Source of the DNA: Polyangiaceae bacterium
GTDB taxonomy: Bacteria > Myxococcota_A > Polyangia > Polyangiales > Polyangiaceae
Assembly (NCBI GenBank): GCA_965222375.1
Contig: CBDCTZ010000008.1
Coordinates: 288,001-352,000, forward strand
Length of the DNA: 64,000 bases
Direction: 5' to 3'
Made by a program: the position numbers and the translations under genes. The stretch's first letter is position 1; every line of letters begins with the position of its first letter. The notes beneath the pieces were generated by a model. That model had not been told where the DNA came from, made no database searches, and worked only from the letters and a program-made list of their open reading frames with translations. Shown piece after piece: positions 1-9,575 of the stretch.

Positions 1-581
1 AGGCGGACCGGCCAAATGTAGATTGTGCCCGCCAAAGTGCCGTTTAGCTTGTCTTCCCACTCCCAGGAGGGGCTGTGCCGAATGGCCACGGGCGGGGGCG
101 CCAGCCCCGAAAGCACGCTCAGCGCTGCAAGGAACTTGCCAGTCAGAATCACGTCCCGGAACGAATAGGCCAAGTCCACGTCGAAGCGATGCACGCGGAT
201 GCGCTTGCGCTCCCCCAGCAGGAACTCGGCGACTTCGGACAGCCCCCAACGTCGGTCGACCACCCCGAGCACGCCCTTGCCTCGGCGCAGCGCTCGCTTG
301 GCTCGCTCCAGGGCGGGATCATCGGCTTCGTCTTCCTCTTCGTCGTCGCCTTCCTTCGGCAGCTTGTGCACGCAGCGACCAAAGGCGAATAGCTCCGCCC
401 GAGGCGACACCCCTCGAGCTGCAACGGCGCTGGCAGTGAACGGCCCGACTTGAAGTCCGCCCGCGGCGGCCCAGGCTTCGGCTTGACCCCTCGCCTGCGC
501 GCTGAATGCCAGCTCCAATCGCCAAGTGAACAGTGCCATCAGCAGGTCCACTACGACCAAGCCGACGAGCAACAGCACCAT
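1..581 (-). CDS. Membrane-anchored protein, DUF2953/YtfI-like; runs off the left edge (partial)
   Basis: Read manually; not in the ORF track. ATG at 581 gives MVLLLVGLVVVDLLMALFTWRLELAF... and the frame stays open to position 1. Hydrophobic N-terminus; lies directly downstream of a YtfJ/GerW-like gene, the usual pairing. Confidence 0.55.
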   Translation of the reverse strand, partial: MVLLLVGLVVVDLLMALFTWRLELAFSAQARGQAEAWAAAGGLQVGPFTASAVAARGVSPRAELFAFGRCVHKLPKEGDDEEEDEADDPALERAKRALRRGKGVLGVVDRRWGLSEVAEFLLGERKRIRVHRFDVDLAYSFRDVILTGKFLAALSVLSGLAPPPVAIRHSPSWEWEDKLNGTLAGTIYIWPVR

Positions 582-614
582 GACTGCCCCGACCTTCTAC
601 GCCGAAGCGCGACC

Positions 615-1025
615 TCAGGTGGACTTCTTCTTGCCAGCAAGCGCGGGCGGCTTGGCGCCCGGCAGCTCGGCAGCGCCGTTTTCAGACGGAACAAGCTCAA
701 CACCGCGCCGAAGCACAGCCTGGCGGCCCTTCTTGAGGGCCAAGAGATGCGGCACGCCGTCCTCACCGACGACGACGAAGGCCTTGGGCTCCACGACGAC
801 AGCTCCCCCGACGCCTCCGCCTTCAACGCCGGCGTCGGCCTCCTTACCGTCTTTTTCGGTCTTGCCGCCGAAGCCCGCCACACCGCTGCCGAAGGCAACG
901 CTAATCTTGCTCAGTGGCAACATCTTGGCCCTGCCTGCATCGCGCACGTCGCCAACCACGGCGTCGCTCTTACTGACTTTGCCGATCTCGCTGAGCAGCC
1001 CCTTGACCAAATCGTCGAGGTCCAT
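615..1025 (-). CDS. GerW/YtfJ-family protein
   Basis: Pattern VVGD...LPLSKISVAFGSG...GGGVGGAVVVEPKAFVVV is typical of YtfJ/GerW. Confidence 0.8.
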   Translation of the reverse strand: MDLDDLVKGLLSEIGKVSKSDAVVGDVRDAGRAKMLPLSKISVAFGSGVAGFGGKTEKDGKEADAGVEGGGVGGAVVVEPKAFVVVGEDGVPHLLALKKGRQAVLRRGVELVPSENGAAELPGAKPPALAGKKKST

Positions 1026-1081
1026 CGCGCCGATCAGAACACGAGCCGAGCGCCCCCGTCAAACCCGGAAAAATGCGACCG

Positions 1082-1849
1082 CTATTCGCCCAAAGCCGAC
1101 ACCGCCGCGGGCAAAACCGACGCGACGTCATCATCGATGCACAAGTCGGCCAGCTTGTCGTGGGGTGTGTCCCCTCGGTTGACGATGACGTAGCGCGCGC
1201 CGCTTTCCTTGGCCCGCAGCGGTATGTCTGCAGCGGGCGTGACCACCAGCGAAGAACCGAGCGCCAGCATGAGATCACACTCGCCGGCATCGCTAGAGGC
1301 CCTCCGCAGCACCGCCATGTCCAAGGCCTGGCCGAACATCACGACCCCGGGTTTGAGCAGCGCATCGCAGTCGCTACACCGGGGCGGCTGGCGGGTCCGC
1401 TCGAACTCTTCCAGGGCCAAAGCCGCATCTCGACGCCGGTCGCAACCCATGCACACCGTCGAGGCATTCGTGCCGTGGAGTTCGACGAGCTTGTCCGCGG
1501 ACGTTCCGGCAGCTTGGTGCAGACCGTCGATGTTCTGTGTCACCACCGAAACGAGCCGGCTCTGCTTTTCCAGATCGACCAGAGCCATATGGGCCGGATT
1601 GGGACGCGCATCCCGAAAGGCTCTATAGCCCTCGAGCTTGTATTCCCAGTACTCCACCCGGGCTTCCTCGCTCGCAACGAAGTCCTGGAAGTACACCGGC
1701 GTACGCTTGGTCCAGACCCCAGAAGGTCCGCGGAAGTCCGGGATCCCGCTGCCCGTGGACAGCCCCGCACCGGTAAAAGCGACAACGCGTTTCGCGCCGG
1801 ATAGCACGCCGGTCAACTCTTGTATCGCTTTCTGTCCGGCCAATCCCAT
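1082..1849 (-). CDS. cobB: NAD-dependent protein deacylase (sirtuin, CobB/Sir2 family)
   Basis: GAGLSTGSGIPDFRG, TQNIDGLH, ELHG, two CxxC, KPGVVMFG, GSSLVV. GGAGG precedes ATG 1849 (the ORF track starts at 1864). Confidence 0.93.
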   Translation of the reverse strand: MGLAGQKAIQELTGVLSGAKRVVAFTGAGLSTGSGIPDFRGPSGVWTKRTPVYFQDFVASEEARVEYWEYKLEGYRAFRDARPNPAHMALVDLEKQSRLVSVVTQNIDGLHQAAGTSADKLVELHGTNASTVCMGCDRRRDAALALEEFERTRQPPRCSDCDALLKPGVVMFGQALDMAVLRRASSDAGECDLMLALGSSLVVTPAADIPLRAKESGARYVIVNRGDTPHDKLADLCIDDDVASVLPAAVSALGE

Positions 1850-1953
1850 GGCGCTACCTCCCATGCCGCCGCACCTGACCTCCTGAGTTATTGGTCAAAG
1901 CCTGGATTGTCTCTGGCCAGGGCGCCTCGCCTCACCTATGTAGCCCGACACCG

Positions 1954-3279
1954 ATGGTCGCGAAAGACCGACGAGCGCGCATCCTAGCTATCGCGCTGCC
2001 GATCATCGGCGGCATGGTCAGCCAAAACGTACTGAACCTGGTCGATACCCTGATGGTCAGCCAACTAGGGGACACGGCCCTAGCTGCGGTTGGCCTGGGC
2101 AGTTTCGCCAACTTCATGTGCACGGCGTTCATCACCGGGCTGTCCGCCGGGGTCCAAGCCATGAGCGCACGGCGGCTCGGTGAAGGCCGGCTTGACGAGC
2201 AGGCCGTACCGCTCAACGGCGGTCTGTTGCTCGCGGGCGGATTGGGGCTGGTCCTGACATTGCTTTTCTTCTCGACCGCCACAACGTGGTTCCCGCTGCT
2301 GTCGAGCGACAGCGAACTGACCGCCACAGGTGTGCCGTACCTTCAAGCCCGGCTGACCGCCATGGTTGCCATCGGCATGAATTTCAGTTTCCGCGGCTAC
2401 TTCAACGGCGTCGGCCAGAGCAGGCTGTACATGCGGACGCTGATCGTCATGCACGTCACCAACGTGATCGTGAGTTATACGCTCATCTTCGGTGCGTTCG
2501 GTGCGCCAGAGATGGGTGCGCTGGGTGCGGGTGTGGGCAGCGCCATCGCCACCTGGGTGGGCACGCTAACCTACATCGCCTTGGGCCTGCGCCACGCTCG
2601 CGCTGGCGGCTTCCTCCGGGGTCTGCCGGATCTCGCAACCATGCGCAGCATGACCAAGCTTTCCGTGCCCGCCGGCCTGCAGCAGCTGTTCTTTGCCGTG
2701 GGAATGACGGCATTCTTCGCAATCATCGCCCGGGTCGGGACCCGCGAACTCGCCGCCTCCAACGTACTTCTGAACTTGCTCTTGGTCGCGCTCCTGCCAG
2801 CCATGGGTTTTGGCTTGGCATCCGCCTCCCTGGTCGGGCAGGCCCTGGGCCACAAAAACGAAGCCGATGCGCGCCGTTGGGTCGCCGACGTGAGCAAGAT
2901 CGCCATCGTCGCCATCACCGTCATCGCGTTGCCGGCGATGATCGCACCGGAGCTGCTCTTGGCCCCCTTTCTAGAGGATCCGAGAACTCTGGAACTGGCG
3001 CGTTGGCCGCTGCGCCTCATTGCCTTCGGCATGCCCATCGACACTCTGGGGCTGATCTTGATGCTCAGCATGCAGGGGGCGGGGGACACCCGCACCGTGC
3101 TGATCGTCTCCGTCGGCCTGCAGTGGGTCCTGCTCCTGCCGGCGGTCTACGTTGTAGGCAAGGTCCTCGCCGTGGGCTTGCTTGGGATTTGGCTGACCCA
3201 GTTGGTTTACCGGACGCTCCAGTCCGGGGTCTTCGCCGTGTTTTGGCGGCGAGGGCGCTGGGCGAAGGTCAAAGTCTAG
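1954..3279 (+). CDS. MATE family efflux transporter
   Basis: About 12 TM helices; LVDTLMVSQLGDTALAAVG, GAGDTR motifs. Start placed at MVAKD. Confidence 0.9.
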   Translation: MVAKDRRARILAIALPIIGGMVSQNVLNLVDTLMVSQLGDTALAAVGLGSFANFMCTAFITGLSAGVQAMSARRLGEGRLDEQAVPLNGGLLLAGGLGLVLTLLFFSTATTWFPLLSSDSELTATGVPYLQARLTAMVAIGMNFSFRGYFNGVGQSRLYMRTLIVMHVTNVIVSYTLIFGAFGAPEMGALGAGVGSAIATWVGTLTYIALGLRHARAGGFLRGLPDLATMRSMTKLSVPAGLQQLFFAVGMTAFFAIIARVGTRELAASNVLLNLLLVALLPAMGFGLASASLVGQALGHKNEADARRWVADVSKIAIVAITVIALPAMIAPELLLAPFLEDPRTLELARWPLRLIAFGMPIDTLGLILMLSMQGAGDTRTVLIVSVGLQWVLLLPAVYVVGKVLAVGLLGIWLTQLVYRTLQSGVFAVFWRRGRWAKVKV

Positions 3280-3285
3280 AGCGGC

Positions 3286-4647
3286 TCACTCCGCCTCGAT
3301 CTTGTAGATCTCACCATTGTTGAGCCCAATCACGTAGAGCTCGCCCGTGCCATCCTGCCCAAAGCCCGAGATATTCTTCAGGCTCGTGCCGGGGTTGATG
3401 TCGCTGGTGATCTCCTGAGCATCCTTGGCGCTGGTTCCGTCCCAAGTGAACTTCCAGAAGTTGCCGGAGCAATAGTCGTTGTACAGGTAGGTCCCCCGCA
3501 GCCCCGGGATGGCCGAGCCCCGATAGACGTAGCCACCGTTCACCGAGCAGCCCTTGCTGTGGGTGTACTCGGCGGCGGGCAGGGCCTTTCCACTCTTGTC
3601 ACAGCCGCTGGATGGATTGAAGCACTCGGTGCCTTCCATCACCCGCCAACCCCAATTGGTCCCCGACTTGGCGTTCGCGGCTTCGACGTCGATTTCTTCG
3701 ATCTTGTTCTGACCCACATCGCCTATGTACATGTCGCCGGTGCAGGCGTCGAAGGTCCACTTCCATGGATTACGCAGGCCGTAGCTCCAGATTTCTTTGG
3801 CGGTGTTTCCTCCGCTCATATTCCCAGATGGGATCGCGTACTTCTTGCCCGAGTCCGGCGGTGCGTCCACGTCGATGCGTAGGATCTTGCCCAGCATGGT
3901 GTCCAGCGCCTGGCCATTGCCGGGGTTGCCGTGTTTGTCTCCGGCTCCGCCGCCGTCTCCAAGACCAATGTAGAGGCGCCCGGGTTCTCCCGGCCGGAAT
4001 TCAATCGCACCGCCATTGTGGTTGCCCTCGGGCTGCTTCACGACCAGCAGGACTGTCTCGCTGCCCTTGTCCGCCGTGTCGCCCGTGGCCTTGAACTCAC
4101 TGATGATCGTATCGCCCGTGGGTCCCGTGGTGCCGTCGCCGGTGTAGTGCACGAAGAAGCGGCCGTTCTTGTCAAAGTCCGGGTGGAACGCAAGGCCCAG
4201 CAGCCCCCGCTCGCCACCCGCAGTGACGCGATCGGCAATGTCCAAAAAGGGCTGGCTCGAGGTCGCCCCGCCTTTGACGATCTTGATTCTGCCGCTGCGC
4301 TCGCCAACGAACAGACGCGTCGCGTCGCCCAGCGGTGCGGTCGCGATGGTCGGACTGCTGAAGCCCGACGCATAAGGCGTCAGCTTCAGCTTGGGGAATC
4401 CTCCGCTTGGTGGGCTGCAGTCGAAGAGCCCAGTCTGGCCCGCGCCGCCGCCGGTGCCCGCGCCGCCGCCGCCGGCGGTGCCGCCACTCCCCGAAGCGCC
4501 GCCAGTGCCTGCCGTGCCCCCAGAACCGCCTGAGCCCGCAGCAGCGCCGGTGCCGCCTCCTCCGCTACTGTCATCACTTCCGCAGCCGAGGAACATGCCT
4601 CCGGCCATCAGCACTCTGACCAATCCAACAGACCAACGCACAACCAT
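3286..4647 (-). CDS. PQQ-dependent glucose/sorbosone dehydrogenase-family lipoprotein
   Basis: Lipobox FLGC, Gly-rich linker, ERGLLGLAFHPDF, NHNGG, GLGDGG, GKILRIDVD, YGLRNPW, GDVGQ. GGAGG precedes ATG 4647. Confidence 0.9.
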   Translation of the reverse strand: MVVRWSVGLVRVLMAGGMFLGCGSDDSSGGGGTGAAAGSGGSGGTAGTGGASGSGGTAGGGGAGTGGGAGQTGLFDCSPPSGGFPKLKLTPYASGFSSPTIATAPLGDATRLFVGERSGRIKIVKGGATSSQPFLDIADRVTAGGERGLLGLAFHPDFDKNGRFFVHYTGDGTTGPTGDTIISEFKATGDTADKGSETVLLVVKQPEGNHNGGAIEFRPGEPGRLYIGLGDGGGAGDKHGNPGNGQALDTMLGKILRIDVDAPPDSGKKYAIPSGNMSGGNTAKEIWSYGLRNPWKWTFDACTGDMYIGDVGQNKIEEIDVEAANAKSGTNWGWRVMEGTECFNPSSGCDKSGKALPAAEYTHSKGCSVNGGYVYRGSAIPGLRGTYLYNDYCSGNFWKFTWDGTSAKDAQEITSDINPGTSLKNISGFGQDGTGELYVIGLNNGEIYKIEAE

Positions 4648-4712
4648 ACTTTCCTCCAAGAACTGCCGAGCCTACGACGGGGTCGCGGTGCTCGCCAGGG
4701 GGGCGCTCCGGG

Positions 4713-5141
4713 CTACCCGCGCTTTTGAAGGGTTTGTCCGATGATCTTGTAACAGAAGAAGCGCCGCAACTGGTTGTGGCCGATGCTATTCGGATGGGTG
4801 CAATCCGAGGCGTACCAGCTGGGCATGTGATTGAACCCATGCGGGGAAAACAGCGCGTGAATGCCGCTGTACCATTGGCCCTTCGCCGTGACCTGCTTGG
4901 CGATCTCAGCGTTCCAAGCGTTGAAATAGCTGTCCATAGGTAGCGCAGGAAAGCCTTTTCCGAAGTTGCAGCTATGGGCGGCGAAGTTCCCCTGGCCATC
5001 GCTGGCGTCCCAAATGTCCGCCTCGAAAACATGAACTGCAATGCCGGGGCCGAATCGACCAGGCGCCAAAAGCGCGTCGAGGGCGCTCGCGATGTTGCTT
5101 CTGTCGCCTTGGCCCATCCACGCCAAACTTCTCCCTGTCAT
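4713..5141 (-). pseudogene. C-terminal fragment of an SGNH/GDSL-like hydrolase (possible remnant)
   Basis: Has DCTHPNSIGH (block V DxxH) but no N-terminal GDS block; only about 80 bp separate it from the divergent gene. Confidence 0.4.
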
Positions 5142-5152
5142 TTCAAGCTACT

Positions 5153-5174
5153 ATTGGCCGGTCAGCCGGCCAAT
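5153..5174. promoter_or_regulatory. Perfect inverted repeat ATTGGCCGG-TCAG-CCGGCCAAT (operator or hairpin)
   Basis: 9-bp perfect arms between divergent genes, about 50 bp upstream of the esterase start. Confidence 0.35.
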
Positions 5175-5222
5175 GCGATTTTCCGCTTTGGTGCTGGCAG
5201 TTCGTGCGTCAGGCTGCGGTCA

Positions 5223-5939
5223 ATGCGAACTGAGACCTTCGGCAAGCTCCAAGTGCGTCTCGCCGGCGGCTCGGACCGCGAGGGCGGCGGGCCCGGACCC
5301 CTGCTGGTGTTGATGCACGGCTTCGGTGCACCGGGCGATGACCTGGTGGCGTTGTGGCGCCAGCTCGCGACTCGCAGTGGGCTACGTTTCGCGTTTCCCG
5401 CGGCGCCGCTGTCCCTCGGAGAGATCTCGCCAATGAGCGACGCACGTGCGTGGTGGCACATAGACGTTCTCGCGCTCGAACGCGCGCTCGCCGCAGGTAC
5501 CTACCGAGACATGTCGCTCACGGAGCCTGCAGGCCTGCCTGAAGCCCGCGAGCTCGTGCTCGGCGCCCTCGACGAAATAGAACGTAAGCTCGCGCCGAGC
5601 CGCATCATTCTCGGTGGTTTTTCGCAGGGGGCCATGCTCGCAATGGAGATCGCTCTGAAAGCGCCTCGTGACTTCGCCGGCTTCGTCACGCTCAGCCCCA
5701 CTTTGCTCGCCGAGCCACGTTGGCGAACTCTCGCAGAGGCACGCGCCCCGGCACGTTTCTTCATGAGCCACGGCCGGCAGGACCCACTGCTGCCCTTCGC
5801 GTTGTCGGAGCAGCTATGCGAGCTGCTGCGAGCAGCGGGGCACGAAGTCCGATTCGTGCCCTTCAACGGCGGCCACGAAATCCCGCAAGGTGTGCTCGAC
5901 GGTTTGGCGCAGTTCCTTGAGGACTGCCTCGTCGACTAG
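5223..5939 (+). CDS. Phospholipase/carboxylesterase (alpha/beta hydrolase)
   Basis: HGFGAPGDDL, FAFPAAP, GFSQGA nucleophile, HGRQDP, GGHEIP. Confidence 0.9.
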   Translation: MRTETFGKLQVRLAGGSDREGGGPGPLLVLMHGFGAPGDDLVALWRQLATRSGLRFAFPAAPLSLGEISPMSDARAWWHIDVLALERALAAGTYRDMSLTEPAGLPEARELVLGALDEIERKLAPSRIILGGFSQGAMLAMEIALKAPRDFAGFVTLSPTLLAEPRWRTLAEARAPARFFMSHGRQDPLLPFALSEQLCELLRAAGHEVRFVPFNGGHEIPQGVLDGLAQFLEDCLVD

Positions 5940-6920
5940 CTCATCTCCAACACGGCAGCTCCTCGGAATTGTCCAGAGCGCAGATCCTCCAAGGCACGAT
6001 CGGCCTGCTCCAGGGGGTACACCGTCACCTCGGTCTTCACACCGGCTTGAGGTGCCAAAAGCATGAATTCCTCGCCGTCAGCACGGGTGAGGTTGGCTAC
6101 GGATACCAGCCGGCGCTCGCCCCACAGCAGCTCGTAGGGGAACGCGGGCACCTCGGACATGTGGATCCCCGCACACATCACGCAGCCTCCCTTTCGGATC
6201 ACCGAGAGCGCCCGCGGAACCAGCGCACCCGCAGGTGCGAATATGATGGCCGCGTCCAGACTCTCGGGCGGCGCTTCGTCAGATCCGCCCGCCCATTCGA
6301 CCCCCAATGAGCGTGCGAACTCCTGAGTGGCGCCATCCCCGGGTCGGGTGGAGGCGAATACACGGCGACCCTGGAACAATGCGACCTGAACCACGATGTG
6401 CGCCGAAGCGCCAAAACCGTATAGCCCGATGTTCGAGGCGCCTGCGGTCATGCGCAGGGCTCGGTATCCAATCAGCCCGGCACATAGCGGTGGCGCGACT
6501 TCCGAGTCCGAGTAGGACGCCGGCAGCGGCAACGCGAAGCGCGCGTCTACGATCGCCTGCTCCGCATAGCCTCCATCCAGCTGGTAGCCCGTGAAGCGCG
6601 CTCGGTCGCAGAGGTTTTCCCGATCGCTCCGGCAGTAGTTGCCGTCTCCGCAGGTCCAACCCAACCAGGGGATCCCCACTCGCTGCCCCTGGGCATATCC
6701 GTCCACGCCCTCGCCGACTTCCTCGACCGTGCCGACGATTTGGTGGCCCAACACCAGTGGCAGCGTCGGGTCCGTGAGTTCACCGTCCAAGATATGCAGG
6801 TCCGTTCGGCACACGCCGCAGGAGCGCACTCTGAGCAAGAGCTGTCCTGCGCTCGCGCGCTGGTCGCCTTTCAACGAGTTTCAGCGGCTCTCCTGCCGCG
6901 CTCAGGACCATCGCACGCAT
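5936..6920 (-). pseudogene. Zinc-dependent alcohol dehydrogenase, frameshifted near the 5' end
   Basis: The N-terminus MRAMVLSAAGEPLKLVER (from 6920) is in a different frame from GQLLLRVRSCGVCRTDLH...LGHQ. The structural-Zn motif reads CGDGNYC (second Cys lost). Confidence 0.75.
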
Positions 6921-7139
6921 GAGAGCTCCTCGGGCCTGTGCCCCGGCGCCCGCCGGCCGCCCCCTGGAACGCATGATAGCTGTGAATGCCTTGCCAACGT
7001 GACGCTTTCCGGGGGGCCACGCCCCTCCCCAAGGCCGCAAAAAGATGCTAGTCCCGTCCGTTCACCGGACGTCGCGGCCAAATTTCGGGCCCCGCCATCC
7101 AGGTGCCCGGTGAGGCCACCCACCCACCGACCAGCCAAC

Positions 7140-9572
7140 ATGACGATGAGCCAAGACCGCCAATTGACCCCAGACCCGAGCGCGCCTGAATCAGACGCCG
7201 AGGGAGTCGTCCGAGAAGAGCAATCCTGTCTCGATCGAGTTCTCACCCACGTGGCGGAGCGTCGCAGCCGCGTGTCCGAGCGACCAGATTCCAACTACGA
7301 CGAGCAGATGCTCGCCTTGCGAGATGAAATCGCCTCCGCCCGACTGGAGGACCTGCCGCCCTTGTACGAACAAATGGATCGACTGCAGAGCCTCGCCGCA
7401 CATCGGCGCCAAGCCAACGAGGGCTGGGTCGATGCACGGTCACCCTATTTCGGTCGGCTGGTGCTTCAGGAAGGTTCGCGCTCTCGAGAGGTTCTGATCG
7501 GGCGATCGACTTACCTGGATACGCAGTCGGGGATCCGAATAGTGGACTGGCGCGACGCTCCTGTCAGCCGTCTGTATTACCGCTACGACGAGGGCGACGA
7601 CTACGACGAGGAGTTCGGCGGCCGAGAAGTGAGCGGCGAAGTCGTCACGCGTCGCAGCGTCAACATCGTAGAGTCGGAACTCAAGCGTATCGGGACCCCC
7701 GCGGGAACCTTCGTCCGCGGGCGCCAAGGAGAATGGAAGCGCTTGGGAGACGATGCCATGCGTCTGTCGGGGGGTGCGGGCAGCGCCATCCGGCCAGAGG
7801 GCCACCATGCACCCAAGACCTTGGGCGTAGGCATCGACGGCGGCGAAGACCGACACTTGCGCGAAATCACCGCTCTGATCGATCCACGCCAGTTCGACCT
7901 CATCACCCAACCCGACTCGGGGTTGGTCGTGATCCAGGGCGGCGCGGGCAGTGGCAAGACGACCATCGGCCTGCACCGCCTGGCTTACTTGGCGTATCAG
8001 GACACCCGGCGATTCCGGCCTGACAAGATGCTGGTGATCGCCTTCAACGAGGCGCTGGTTCGCTACATATCTCAGGTCCTACCAGCACTGGGCGTGTCGG
8101 GGATCCCGATCCGCACCTACGAGAACTGGGCGGAGCGAACGCGAAGCGCTCAGCTTCCGCGCTTGCCTCGCCGTTACTCCGACGCAACCCCGGGCGTCGT
8201 GTCGCGCCTCAAGAAACACCCCGCCATGCTTCACATCATCGATGACATCGTCGATGACATGGCAAAGGAACTCGAAACGGAGCTCAGCGACAGGTTGCGG
8301 GATGCCTCAGAGCCGCTGATCGCGTCCTGGCGCAGTTCGAAAAGCCGCGCCCTCGCCCATCGCTTCCACTCCCTACGCGGCTTTTTGGAGCGAGGCGCCG
8401 GCCGGCGTCTCGATTCCGCCGGGCGCACCAAGGTGCAGAACGTGGTGGACCGCCACCTCGGCCGCACTCGCGACGTGCTGAGTGTTTGGGCGGAATTCTT
8501 CAGCGACCGCCCACGACTGGCAGCTGCCCTGGAGCGCCACGCCCCAGGGGAGTTCAGCCCGCGTCAACTGAACGAGGCCCATACCTGGTGCGCCGCCCGC
8601 GCCAGCGAGTTGGTCGAGGAGCGGATGGACGCCGAGGACGAAGCCCACGACCGCCACGACACGCGGCGGCGCCGGCCAAGTCGTCCGCCACGAGGCGACC
8701 ACGACGACGACCGCAGTCGGGGCATTGATGGCGCCAGCGTAGAAGAGCGCGCCGCCTTCGATCGAGAAGACGACACCCTGCTTCTGCGTCTATGCCAGCG
8801 TTTGAGGGGACCGTTGCGACGGGGCGCCCGCGGCAAAGAGGCCTTGGTCTACGAACACGTTCTAGTGGACGAGGCGCAAGATCTGTCCCCGGTAGAACTC
8901 GCGGTCGTGCTCGACACCGTGAGCCGATCCGAAAGCGTCACCTTGGCCGGCGACGTTGCTCAGCGTCTGCTGATGGACAACGGCTTTTCGGATTGGAAGA
9001 CCGTCTTGGCAGAACTGGGCAAGTCCCATGTGGAGGTCGAACCGCTCAAGCTGAGCTACCGCTCGACACGAGAAATTCTCGACGTGTCCCAAGCTGTACT
9101 GGGAAAGCTCGCGCCCGAGGACCCACCCGAGGCCACTCGCTCCGGCGCACCGGTGGAGCTGTTTTCCTTCGGTCACGTGGGCGATGCGGTCGGCTTCTTG
9201 GGCGAAAAGCTGCGGGAACTGATGGGGCTCGAACCCCGTGCCAGCGTTGCGGTCATCGCGCGCTACCCGGAGCAAGCAGACTTGTTCTACGACGGCCTGA
9301 AAAAGGGCGAGGTTCCGTACCTTCGCCGCATCTCCGAGCAGGACTTTCCCTTTCGTCCAGGTGTCGACGTTACGGATGTGCGCCAAGTGAAAGGCCTGGA
9401 GTTCGACTACGTGATCATCGTCGAAGCTTCCAAGCAGAGCTACCCGGAGGATGACGAGGCCCGGCACCTGCTGCACATCGCAGCAACTCGGGCCGCTCAC
9501 CAGCTGTGGTTCATTTCGTCGGGCTCGCCCAGCATGCTTCTTCCCGAAGTCCTCCGCGAGCAGAGCTACTGA
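7140..9572 (+). CDS. SF1 helicase-like ATPase, HelD-like
   Basis: SPYFGRL / IGR / VDWRDAPVSRLYY N-terminal block, Walker A GGAGSGKT, VDEAQD, SYRST, KGLEFD, ATRA. Confidence 0.8.
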   Translation: MTMSQDRQLTPDPSAPESDAEGVVREEQSCLDRVLTHVAERRSRVSERPDSNYDEQMLALRDEIASARLEDLPPLYEQMDRLQSLAAHRRQANEGWVDARSPYFGRLVLQEGSRSREVLIGRSTYLDTQSGIRIVDWRDAPVSRLYYRYDEGDDYDEEFGGREVSGEVVTRRSVNIVESELKRIGTPAGTFVRGRQGEWKRLGDDAMRLSGGAGSAIRPEGHHAPKTLGVGIDGGEDRHLREITALIDPRQFDLITQPDSGLVVIQGGAGSGKTTIGLHRLAYLAYQDTRRFRPDKMLVIAFNEALVRYISQVLPALGVSGIPIRTYENWAERTRSAQLPRLPRRYSDATPGVVSRLKKHPAMLHIIDDIVDDMAKELETELSDRLRDASEPLIASWRSSKSRALAHRFHSLRGFLERGAGRRLDSAGRTKVQNVVDRHLGRTRDVLSVWAEFFSDRPRLAAALERHAPGEFSPRQLNEAHTWCAARASELVEERMDAEDEAHDRHDTRRRRPSRPPRGDHDDDRSRGIDGASVEERAAFDREDDTLLLRLCQRLRGPLRRGARGKEALVYEHVLVDEAQDLSPVELAVVLDTVSRSESVTLAGDVAQRLLMDNGFSDWKTVLAELGKSHVEVEPLKLSYRSTREILDVSQAVLGKLAPEDPPEATRSGAPVELFSFGHVGDAVGFLGEKLRELMGLEPRASVAVIARYPEQADLFYDGLKKGEVPYLRRISEQDFPFRPGVDVTDVRQVKGLEFDYVIIVEASKQSYPEDDEARHLLHIAATRAAHQLWFISSGSPSMLLPEVLREQSY

Positions 9573-9575
9573 GCC

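Noticed and set aside
1082..1849. Sir2 gene as an anti-phage NADase (Thoeris/DSR type)
   Set aside because: It is a compact classical Zn-binding CobB-type deacylase with no defence neighbours.
6639..7139. Long N-terminal extensions in the ORF track (also at 4974, 13699, 52867, 57078 and 15955)
   Set aside because: They overlap neighbouring genes or promoters; family motifs and RBS positions support the later starts.
6921..7139. Rifamycin-associated regulatory element upstream of the HelD-like gene
   Set aside because: No convincing long palindrome is visible by eye.
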